Shown here one piece after another: positions 18,602 through 25,394 of a stretch of DNA of 62,533 bases. The DNA lies in IMG/VR virus record IMGVR_UViG_3300036861_000520, positions 1 to 62,533 of that record, one strand, 5' to 3'. Every line of letters starts with the position of its first letter. Position 1 is the stretch's first letter. This stretch comes from a virus (lineage: Duplodnaviria; Caudoviricetes). Under the pieces are notes generated by a model that saw nothing but the letters and a program-made list of their open reading frames with translations, was not told where the DNA came from and did not search any database. The position numbers and the translations under genes are program-made.

Positions 18602-18774
18602 TCCTGGTCCTCCTGGCATTCTTCTACCCACTCCACCGCCCGGCGAACCCGGTCGAAGTCTCGGATCAAGCCGACCAGCCACTTCACCCCGGTAACCACC
18701 GCGCCAATCGCCCCGAGCGTCAGGGCGAGGATTGCGGACCACGTTTCAAGCGACCCTGCGTGTAGGATGTCCAC
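18544..18774 (-). CDS. Single-TM holin-like protein
   Basis: GGAGG RBS; WSAILALTLGAIGAVVTGVKWLV. Confidence 0.55.
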   Translation of the reverse strand: MDILHAGSLETWSAILALTLGAIGAVVTGVKWLVGLIRDFDRVRRAVEWVEECQEDQECNTRHRPHSHQSDTHSDG

Positions 18775-19098
18775 AGCGGATGCCCTCCACATATAGAGAG
18801 ACATCCCGATGCCCATTTTTATGGGTCGCTCTCAACTTTTTTTTCATCCGGGGACCCCCGGCGAGCTGCTGAACCCGCCGGGGGCGGACCACCCGGAGAA
18901 CACGACGCCCTGTGAGCGCCCCCGCGACCACCCCTGACCGCAGGACTGAACCGCCCCTGCTACGGGCGGAAGAAGAAGGACCCCCAGCGGTTCTCCCGAT
19001 GCCGGAGGCCAGCAAAGAACTCAAGTGTACGAAGCAGGGGCGAAGAGCGCCCCACGCCGGTAGTCTATCCCAAGCGCCCGCAGGATGCCACACCAATT

Positions 19099-19117
19099 CT
19101 ACCAGCCGTGGTAGTAT
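19099..19117 (+). promoter_or_regulatory. Palindromic operator CTACCA-N4-TGGTAG overlapping extended -10 (TGnTAGTAT) of the HTH-2 gene
   Basis: CTACCAGCCGTGGTAG 19099-19114; TAGTAT 19112-19117; ATG 19124. Confidence 0.6.
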
Positions 19118-19123
19118 AGCCAC

Positions 19124-19339
19124 ATGGATGATATGCTCCGCGTTTCCGAGGTCGCTACGCGCTCCGGCCTTTCCGCGCGTGCCGTGCGGCGCGTCTGCCT
19201 GCGCCAGCCGGAGCGCCTGCCGGGCTGCGTCCTGACCGAGACACCCTGCGGGCCGGTCTGGCTCGTGCCGGCAAGCTCACTCGCCACGTTCACCCGAGGC
19301 CGACCAGGGCGCCGCCGCCGCGAACGTGACACCTCTTGA
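19124..19339 (+). CDS. Excisionase/HTH_17-like DNA-binding protein (HTH-2)
   Basis: LRVSEVATRSGLSARAVRR...PERLPGC...WLVPASSL; basic tail. Confidence 0.7.
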   Translation: MDDMLRVSEVATRSGLSARAVRRVCLRQPERLPGCVLTETPCGPVWLVPASSLATFTRGRPGRRRRERDTS

Positions 19340-19365
19340 CATAATGCTGCCATGGCTGGTAGTAT
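19336..19365 (+). promoter_or_regulatory. sigma70-type promoter with second copy of the CTRCCA-N4-TGGTAG operator
   Basis: TTGACA 19336-19341, 18 nt, TAGTAT 19360-19365; CTGCCATGGCTGGTAG 19347-19362. Confidence 0.65.
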
Positions 19366-19395
19366 TAGGGAGTAGTGATCCGAAGGAGGCTGCGC

Positions 19396-19734
19396 GTGAA
19401 CCCGATCCAGTGGATAGCCGATCTCATCCAGGCGCCGAAGCGAAGGCAGATCGCCTTCGACCACGTTGTGTTGGGAGTGATCGATGACTTCTACGGCCAC
19501 GGCTACGGCGTGCCAATCTTGAAGGAATTGACGCACCGGACAGGGCGGTTCATCTCCATCGGCGAGCTGTATACCGCCTTCGACCGTCTGGAGCAGGCGG
19601 GGCTCGTGACATCCAGAGAAGGCGACCCGACCGCGGAGCGCGGCTGGCGCCCGAGGCGCTACTACACCATCACAAAAGCAGGCGTGGACTGGTGGAATAC
19701 CCACCGCGCCGAGGAGAACACACCCGATGACTGA
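19396..19734 (+). CDS. PadR-family winged-helix regulator
   Basis: HGYGVPI...ISIGELYTAFDRLEQAGLV...RPRRYYTITKAG. Confidence 0.85.
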   Translation: MNPIQWIADLIQAPKRRQIAFDHVVLGVIDDFYGHGYGVPILKELTHRTGRFISIGELYTAFDRLEQAGLVTSREGDPTAERGWRPRRYYTITKAGVDWWNTHRAEENTPDD

Positions 19735-20167
19735 TACACCCCCCATTGCTTCGGCTGCACAGGAGCGAGCACTGGAAGTCGTGCGAGAGATGGATCCGCG
19801 CTGTTGGCCTGCCGTATGGGCGTTGGGCCACCGGGTTGACGAGGCAATGGGCTTCGGATACGTCTACGAGCAAGCCGTTGAGACACTCTACGCTGACCGG
19901 TTTCGCGCAGAACTGAACCGCCGTGGCGAGTTAGGCTGCTCGCTCGGGATTGAGTGCAGCGACCTGCCCCACGGCCTGCTGGAGATCCTCGCGGACGTGG
20001 ACTGCCTCAACCGCATCCAGTGCACTCGCTTCGAGGCGTCTTTCTGGAAGATCAATGGCAGCGTGGCCCTTTACGACTGCCACGAGCCGAACCAGCGGCC
20101 CGACCGGCGCACGCCGGAGCAGTGCGCGGCCGTGGACAAGTGGCTGGGACTGGAGGTGGCGGGATGA
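19727..20167 (+). CDS. Hypothetical protein
   Basis: GAGGAG RBS, coupled ORF. Confidence 0.6.
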   Translation: MTDTPPIASAAQERALEVVREMDPRCWPAVWALGHRVDEAMGFGYVYEQAVETLYADRFRAELNRRGELGCSLGIECSDLPHGLLEILADVDCLNRIQCTRFEASFWKINGSVALYDCHEPNQRPDRRTPEQCAAVDKWLGLEVAG

Positions 20168-20685
20168 CGGCGACCTACCCCGGCCTGACGGTGGCGGATC
20201 TGGCAGAGTACTGGGTGCCGGTTGACGAAAGCCTGGCAGCGTGTGACGTGCTCTGCCAGGCGTTTCAAGTCCCGTGGATTGGGTTCCTGACGGATGATGT
20301 CTGCATCCAGGCTCTCGCGACCATCTCCCGACACCAGGAACTGACTGACGAACAAGAAACGATCACCTACGCATTTCGGGTTATGGCCGGATTGGCGGCC
20401 GGAAGAGAACGCGGCCATATCCGGGCGGCGGTGGACGACCTCGCCGAATGGCGCGCGCAACTCCAGTGCATCGCCTGGGATGCGGTGCGCTCGCGAGTGC
20501 GGGAATATCTCGCGGACGTGTGGGATGACGCCGCGAACGCGCTCGGCGTCGAGATCGATGACCTGCCGCCCACGATGGATTGGACCGGCTTCGATCCGAT
20601 CCAGGGCGACGGCTGGCGCGCCACGCTGACCGGGAAGGACCCGGCAAGCGCCACGCTGCTCTTCTCGGTGGAGGTGGTGGAATGA
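20164..20685 (+). CDS. Acidic hypothetical protein
   Basis: GGAGG RBS, ATGA coupling. Confidence 0.65.
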   Translation: MTATYPGLTVADLAEYWVPVDESLAACDVLCQAFQVPWIGFLTDDVCIQALATISRHQELTDEQETITYAFRVMAGLAAGRERGHIRAAVDDLAEWRAQLQCIAWDAVRSRVREYLADVWDDAANALGVEIDDLPPTMDWTGFDPIQGDGWRATLTGKDPASATLLFSVEVVE

Positions 20686-21074
20686 ACGCGTGCCCCACCT
20701 GCCGCCGGCCGCTGGCGGACAGCCGCACCCTGCCTGCCTACGGACAGTGGGAATACGTGCTGGACGGAAAGGGTCGTGTCGTGCTTCCGCGGCCGGTGCG
20801 CGACTGGCTCGGTGAGCAGGTCTTCTTCGCGCCGCGTGGCCGTGGGCTCGCGCTCCTGCCGGTGGAGATGCTCCCACTGCTCCGGCTCTTCCCGCGTGCT
20901 GGACTGGCGCTGGATGAGGGACAGGCCGTGCTGGTGAACCGGGGGCGGGAGCGGCGCGTGCTCGTCCCACTGGACCTGCGGCACCGCGTTGGACTGGCGC
21001 CTGGGGCGCACGTCGTTCTGCGCATCGTTGATGGAATGGTGGTCCTGATGACACGAGAGGAGGCAATTCGATGA
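20682..21074 (+). CDS. MraZ-like tandem SpoVT/AbrB-domain regulator
   Basis: GQWEYVLDGKGRVVLPRPVR and a second unit RRVLVPLDLRHRVGL; N-terminal CPTC. Confidence 0.7.
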   Translation: MNACPTCRRPLADSRTLPAYGQWEYVLDGKGRVVLPRPVRDWLGEQVFFAPRGRGLALLPVEMLPLLRLFPRAGLALDEGQAVLVNRGRERRVLVPLDLRHRVGLAPGAHVVLRIVDGMVVLMTREEAIR

Positions 21075-21334
21075 CCCGAGGCCCCTACGACCTGACGGAG
21101 CTTGCCGAGATGAGCAACCGGCAGGGCGAGCTCGCCGCCCGCGTGCGATCCCAGGAAGAACTCGACGCGTGGTCCGCCGTGCTGGATGCCCGCGACCGCC
21201 AGCAGGACCGGCGGGAAGCGCGGCTGGACGCGATGCGGCTGGCCCTGTGGCTCATCGCCGGATGCGTGGGAGCGCTGGCCTGCTGGCTCATGGGAGCCGG
21301 GAACGGCCTGATGAACCGAAGGCTCTGGCCGTGA
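21071..21334 (+). CDS. Hypothetical protein with C-terminal TM
   Basis: Coupled ORF. Confidence 0.55.
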   Translation: MTRGPYDLTELAEMSNRQGELAARVRSQEELDAWSAVLDARDRQQDRREARLDAMRLALWLIAGCVGALACWLMGAGNGLMNRRLWP

Positions 21335-21567
21335 CCGACGAACTGACGGCCACCCTGGACCCACGCAAGCCGGGCGGCAAGATCCACCTGCGCCGCGGCC
21401 TGTCGTCCTCGAGCCTCTGCGGGGCCGAGATCTGGGACGACGCCGTAGTCAAGCCCGCCGAGGCCGTTACCTGCGCGCGCTGCATCAGCCTGCGGGACAC
21501 CGGCACGCTGCAGGGCAAGCAGCCCGCCCCACAGCACCGATTCGCCCGTGAGTGGAGGAAGCGATGA
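21331..21567 (+). CDS. Small zinc-binding protein
   Basis: H...LCG...TCARC. Confidence 0.55.
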   Translation: MTDELTATLDPRKPGGKIHLRRGLSSSSLCGAEIWDDAVVKPAEAVTCARCISLRDTGTLQGKQPAPQHRFAREWRKR

Positions 21568-21806
21568 TCATTGATGAGACTGGGACCGCGATCGACGAGC
21601 GCACTGGCCTGGGTGCGCGGCAGTGGGAGGACAGCACCCACCCGGAGAATGGACTGCTGCTTTCCCGCACCCAGGAAGGCTACTACTGCGGCAGCGTGAG
21701 GGAACCTAATTGCGTCGTCGTTTTCATCTCACGAACCGACCCGGACCCGCGCACCGCCGTCGTTTGTGAGGCGCTGGAACGCCTCTGGGATGCGCTGGCA
21801 GAATGA
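21564..21806 (+). CDS. Hypothetical protein
   Basis: GGAGG RBS, coupled ORF. Confidence 0.6.
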   Translation: MIIDETGTAIDERTGLGARQWEDSTHPENGLLLSRTQEGYYCGSVREPNCVVVFISRTDPDPRTAVVCEALERLWDALAE

Positions 21807-22027
21807 GCGACTTCCTCACCACGACCCAGGCCGCCGAGCTGCTCGGGCTCTCGCGGCAACGTGTCGGGGTGCTGGTGAAGGGCGGCCGGTTCCCTGGCGC
21901 AGAGCAGTCCTCCCGTGGTAAGTGGTCGATCCCCGCCGCGAGCGTGGCCGGTTTCGTGCACCTGCCCAGGTCCGGGAACCGGACGCGCGGCAAGAAGCGG
22001 CGCGGCAGCCCACCCAAACGCAGGTGA
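21803..22027 (+). CDS. Excisionase/HTH_17-like DNA-binding protein (HTH-3)
   Basis: FLTTTQAAELLGLSRQRV...RFPGA...WSIPAASV; basic tail. Confidence 0.8.
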   Translation: MSDFLTTTQAAELLGLSRQRVGVLVKGGRFPGAEQSSRGKWSIPAASVAGFVHLPRSGNRTRGKKRRGSPPKRR

Positions 22028-22141
22028 ACACTCAACAATTACGCAATACTCTGGCGCCCTGTTTACTGCCTATATCAGTATTGACGTGATAACATGACAC
22101 GTAGGAACTTGATCCTACCCCCACCCGAGGAGCCCGCCCCG

Positions 22142-22399
22142 ATGACCACCGCAACCAACCCAACGATCCCTTCCCACCGCATCGGGGATTCTGACTACAG
22201 CAAGCTTTACCAGGTGCGCTACACCGGTCAGTTTGGCAAGACCCGAAAGTTCTTCTGGGGGCGTAACCTCACCGCCGCTATGAACTGCGCTATCGTCCAC
22301 GACGGAGAGATTGAGGTCGTATCTTGGAAAAAAGGACTTAAGATCGAGAACCCGAGCATCGTCAGGACCCCTGTTGACTCGAACGCTGGTTGCTGGTAA
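22142..22399 (+). CDS. Early hypothetical protein
   Basis: CCCGAGGAGCCCGCC leader shared with 11096-11110. Confidence 0.65.
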   Translation: MTTATNPTIPSHRIGDSDYSKLYQVRYTGQFGKTRKFFWGRNLTAAMNCAIVHDGEIEVVSWKKGLKIENPSIVRTPVDSNAGCW

Positions 22400-22505
22400 A
22401 TCACCGCCGGCTAACCACCGGCACCGTAACCCACCGTTGGCCGGTCCCCAGTCCGGCAGGAAGAAGCGCGAGGGCGGATACCCCACCCCGAGGAGAACCA
22501 CCCCG

Positions 22506-22796
22506 ATGACCATTCGTTACATCTTGTCCGAGATCGCGCTCCGGGAGCAGTTCGTGAAGAACGGAGAGGTCCTGAATGCCGACCAGGTATTCGACCCGCG
22601 CGAACTCATCCTTTCGGAACGGAGGGAGTTGGCTCCGTTCTTGCGCTACGAGCACGCTGCGTCAGGGTCACCGGTCTTCGTTGGCCCGCGCGGTTTCCGA
22701 GCACCGATGCTCCTCTCAGGCGGGGCCGTCGAGGACTTCGTAGACGCGCTCAAAACGTGGATTGTGGCCGACGAGCAGGGAGTTGAGTTGGGATGA
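22506..22796 (+). CDS. Hypothetical protein
   Basis: GAGGAG RBS. Confidence 0.65.
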   Translation: MTIRYILSEIALREQFVKNGEVLNADQVFDPRELILSERRELAPFLRYEHAASGSPVFVGPRGFRAPMLLSGGAVEDFVDALKTWIVADEQGVELG

Positions 22797-23026
22797 ACAC
22801 TTTCGAGATTATCACTGAACACACGCCGGACGAGATCAAGCGCACCCACGCCTACTGCGGCGGGAAGGTGCGAGCCTGCGGGATCGACGGCGGGAAGGTG
22901 ATCCTCCGCTGCTCCTGCGGGATGTTCGGCCCCACGGAGACGACGACTGTGAAGAGCATCACTAAGGCCGAATGGAAGGCGCGCGCGCAGGGCGGCGAAC
23001 TGGCGCGGATGCTTACCGGACGATGA
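22793..23026 (+). CDS. Small zinc-ribbon protein
   Basis: HAYCGG...CSCG. Confidence 0.6.
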   Translation: MNTFEIITEHTPDEIKRTHAYCGGKVRACGIDGGKVILRCSCGMFGPTETTTVKSITKAEWKARAQGGELARMLTGR

Positions 23027-23316
23027 GCGACCTACGAGCCCGCCAAGAGCGCATCCTGGCCCGCGAACGGGAGAACGACGGCAGGATCGACGGCGCCATT
23101 CTCCAACGCCTCGCGAACTGGCTGCACGCGGAGGCGGCCTTCCCGCTGCCTGCGTTGCGCTGGTGCCGTGGGTATCTCTCGCAGTGCATCTACCCGCAGT
23201 CGGATGAGGACCTGCAGGACTGCCTCGCGGATTGCCGGCAGCAGCGGCCGCAGTGGTTCCGGCCGGCACATCCTGGACGCGCGCCGGAAGCAGGCCCGCG
23301 CGGAGAACGAGCGTGA
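23023..23316 (+). CDS. Hypothetical protein
   Basis: ATGA-coupled ORF. Confidence 0.55.
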   Translation: MSDLRARQERILARERENDGRIDGAILQRLANWLHAEAAFPLPALRWCRGYLSQCIYPQSDEDLQDCLADCRQQRPQWFRPAHPGRAPEAGPRGERA

Positions 23317-23525
23317 GCCACAGCCTGCAGAACATCGGGGGCCCGTCCGCGCGGCTCACCTGCCCCCACTGCGGGGCAACCTCGGAGCATTACTGGCCCG
23401 GCGTGGATGCGCTGCCTGGCGTGGTCCACGAGCCGGAGTGCCAGGACTACGGGAAGGACTTGCCGGATCCGTTCGTGGGACCGGGCAGCGAATGCCCAGG
23501 AGAAGACGAAAATGATGAGGGATGA
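23313..23525 (+). CDS. CxxC...HxxxC zinc microprotein (paralog of 10865..11053)
   Basis: GGPSARLTCPHCGATSEHYWPGVD...HEPEC. Confidence 0.65.
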   Translation: MSHSLQNIGGPSARLTCPHCGATSEHYWPGVDALPGVVHEPECQDYGKDLPDPFVGPGSECPGEDENDEG

Positions 23526-23688
23526 AGAGAAGCAGGCCGTAGTGGCGGCAATGCGCGCCGTCGATGATCTGGCTCACGCGATCTCACCGCCGCGTGGGAC
23601 GCGAGAGGAGATCGAGGCTGCTTGCGATCGACTGGACGAGGCCCGCAATCGGATACGGGCGCTCATCATAGAAGAGAAGACCGGATGA
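23512..23688 (+). CDS. Small helical protein
   Basis: Coupled ORF. Confidence 0.55.
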   Translation: MMRDEEKQAVVAAMRAVDDLAHAISPPRGTREEIEAACDRLDEARNRIRALIIEEKTG

Positions 23689-23942
23689 GCGACCGACTGC
23701 GGGAAGCGGCGCGGGCCGTGCTGGCCGAGTACGAACGGCTGTCCGGGCAGGCGAACTGGACAGGCTCGCTGCGCGTGCAGCAGTCCGCACCGTGGAAGTG
23801 CCTCGCCCTGCCACTGGACGAGCTTGCGGCGGCCCTGGATGCGGCCGACGCGCCGACCTGCACCCAATGCGGCTGCGTGGTGGAGACCGGCATGATCTAC
23901 TGCCGGGACTGTGACCCGGATAGCGACCACGAGGGGGAATGA
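23685..23942 (+). CDS. Hypothetical protein with C-terminal zinc ribbon
   Basis: CTQCG...YCRDC. Confidence 0.55.
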   Translation: MSDRLREAARAVLAEYERLSGQANWTGSLRVQQSAPWKCLALPLDELAAALDAADAPTCTQCGCVVETGMIYCRDCDPDSDHEGE

Positions 23943-24133
23943 TGACCGCACCCATCCCGATTGAGGAACTGGCCCCGCGAGAGGAGCGCTGCACCCGCTG
24001 CCGGGGGCGGGGCTCGCTCTGGTTCTCGTGGAGCGATGCGCTCGAAACGAACGAGATCTGCCCGCAGTGCGGCGGGACTGGAAAAGAACCGCTGCGAGAG
24101 GAAGGAATAACCGAGCCCCACGGCGAACTGTAG
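23939..24133 (+). CDS. DnaJ-type CxxCxGxG zinc-finger microprotein
   Basis: CTRCRGRG...CPQCGGTG. Confidence 0.6.
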   Translation: MMTAPIPIEELAPREERCTRCRGRGSLWFSWSDALETNEICPQCGGTGKEPLREEGITEPHGEL

Positions 24134-24146
24134 ATCGACAAGCTTT

Positions 24147-24247
24147 GGCGCAGGAGGTGACCTCTCCCGCGCCGATGGCAGTGTCCCGTAAAGGCACTAC
24201 CCGAAGCGCCCGCCCGTGGAGAGGTCACCTCCGCAGGCGGGCGTTTC
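24147..24247 (+). ncRNA. Structured leader A: hairpin, small hairpin, terminator; first and last loops complementary
   Basis: GGAGGTGACCTCTCC 24153-24167 is the exact reverse complement of 24218-24232; loops GTGACCT/AGGTCAC. Confidence 0.7.
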
Positions 24248-24263
24248 CCGTCAGGAGACCACG

Positions 24264-24494
24264 ATGGCGCAGGTTAAGACCATCTGCATCACGGTCGGAC
24301 GCAAGATGTGCGACAAGGTGAATATGGACATCCGCACCCGCGAATATGGATTGTCGGCAACCCTGGAAGTGGCCGACGGCGAGGACGTGCGACAGGTCCT
24401 CTCTGCCTGGACGCCGCGACTTCAGGGCGTATGCGACGCGGCGGTAGGCGACTTCGGCCCCTACTCATTCCGCGAGCGCTGCAAGACGGATTGA
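24264..24494 (+). CDS. Hypothetical protein
   Basis: AGGAGACCACGATG start context. Confidence 0.65.
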   Translation: MAQVKTICITVGRKMCDKVNMDIRTREYGLSATLEVADGEDVRQVLSAWTPRLQGVCDAAVGDFGPYSFRERCKTD

Positions 24495-24596
24495 AAGACT
24501 TCGGGTAGGGAACGGCGCGCCCTGCCCGATTGACACACACGACGGCGCCAATGACAGGGGCGATGGTCTGCGGACCCGGCCCCGGAGAACACGCAA

Positions 24597-25211
24597 ATGG
24601 CTGGATGGGGTGGTGGTGGCGGGGGACTAGACCTCCCGCAGCGCGCGGAACCCTACACCGCGCAGGTGACTGATTGGGCGCAGGTAGAAGGCAAGGCCTT
24701 CCAGGACAAGCCCAACCCGGGGCCGCGGTTCAAGTTCTCGGTAGACGTGTGGATGGGCAACGCCTGGCAGCGGAAAACCATCTTCACCGGGACGAACTTC
24801 TGCGATCCGAACCAGGTCTCGGCCGCGAGCTTCATCCCGAAGCTGGTCAAGCTGGTCCGCGCCTGTGATATGCCCCTGCCGATGGACGCGCAGCAGGCCG
24901 CGGCCTGGACCGCCGACTGTCTGATCGGTAAGCGGTTCGGGATCCTGATGAGCCCGGACCCGGAAACCGGGAAGGTGGAACCGCGGTTCGTGCGACTGGC
25001 CCAGGCGCCGGTGTTGCCGCGGCCACCGGAGCGGCCGGCGCCTGCGGCACCACCCGCGCAGCAGTTCCAGCCACCGGCGCCGACGCCCGCACCGCCACAG
25101 TACGCGCCGCCGCCCGACGATCCCTTCGTCGAAGAAGGACCGCCGCTGACCCCGGACGGGACCTACGCCACGGCGCCGGCCGTCACTGGCCCCGTGGACG
25201 CCTGGAAGTAG
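24597..25211 (+). CDS. Putative single-stranded DNA-binding protein
   Basis: OB-like N-terminal half, Pro/Gln linker, DDPF and acidic/aromatic C-terminus; upstream of the primase. Confidence 0.55.
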   Translation: MAGWGGGGGGLDLPQRAEPYTAQVTDWAQVEGKAFQDKPNPGPRFKFSVDVWMGNAWQRKTIFTGTNFCDPNQVSAASFIPKLVKLVRACDMPLPMDAQQAAAWTADCLIGKRFGILMSPDPETGKVEPRFVRLAQAPVLPRPPERPAPAAPPAQQFQPPAPTPAPPQYAPPPDDPFVEEGPPLTPDGTYATAPAVTGPVDAWK

Positions 25212-25287
25212 TGTTCCACCAGGCCGACCACACTAGATAAGGGACTGCTACCAGCGACCTGATGCGGTAAAATTACTCACACCATCT

Positions 25288-25389
25288 TGCTCGCTGGGAG
25301 ACTTCACCTCCGAGCAGCTCCCACGGTGCCCCGCGCACTACAGACGCCCGTCCCCGGAGGTGAAGTCTCCTGGGACGGGCGTTTGTTAT
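25288..25389 (+). ncRNA. Structured leader B (homolog of A) upstream of the primase
   Basis: GGAGACTTCACCTCCG 25297-25312 is the exact reverse complement of 25355-25370; loops ACTTCAC/GTGAAGT; terminator stem 25344-25354/25372-25382; TAAAAT at 25268-25273. Confidence 0.7.
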
Positions 25390-25394
25390 CACCT

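Noticed and set aside
9687-22027. Excisionase plus integrase (temperate) module
   Set aside because: No tyrosine or serine recombinase motifs and no attP-like tRNA fragment recognised
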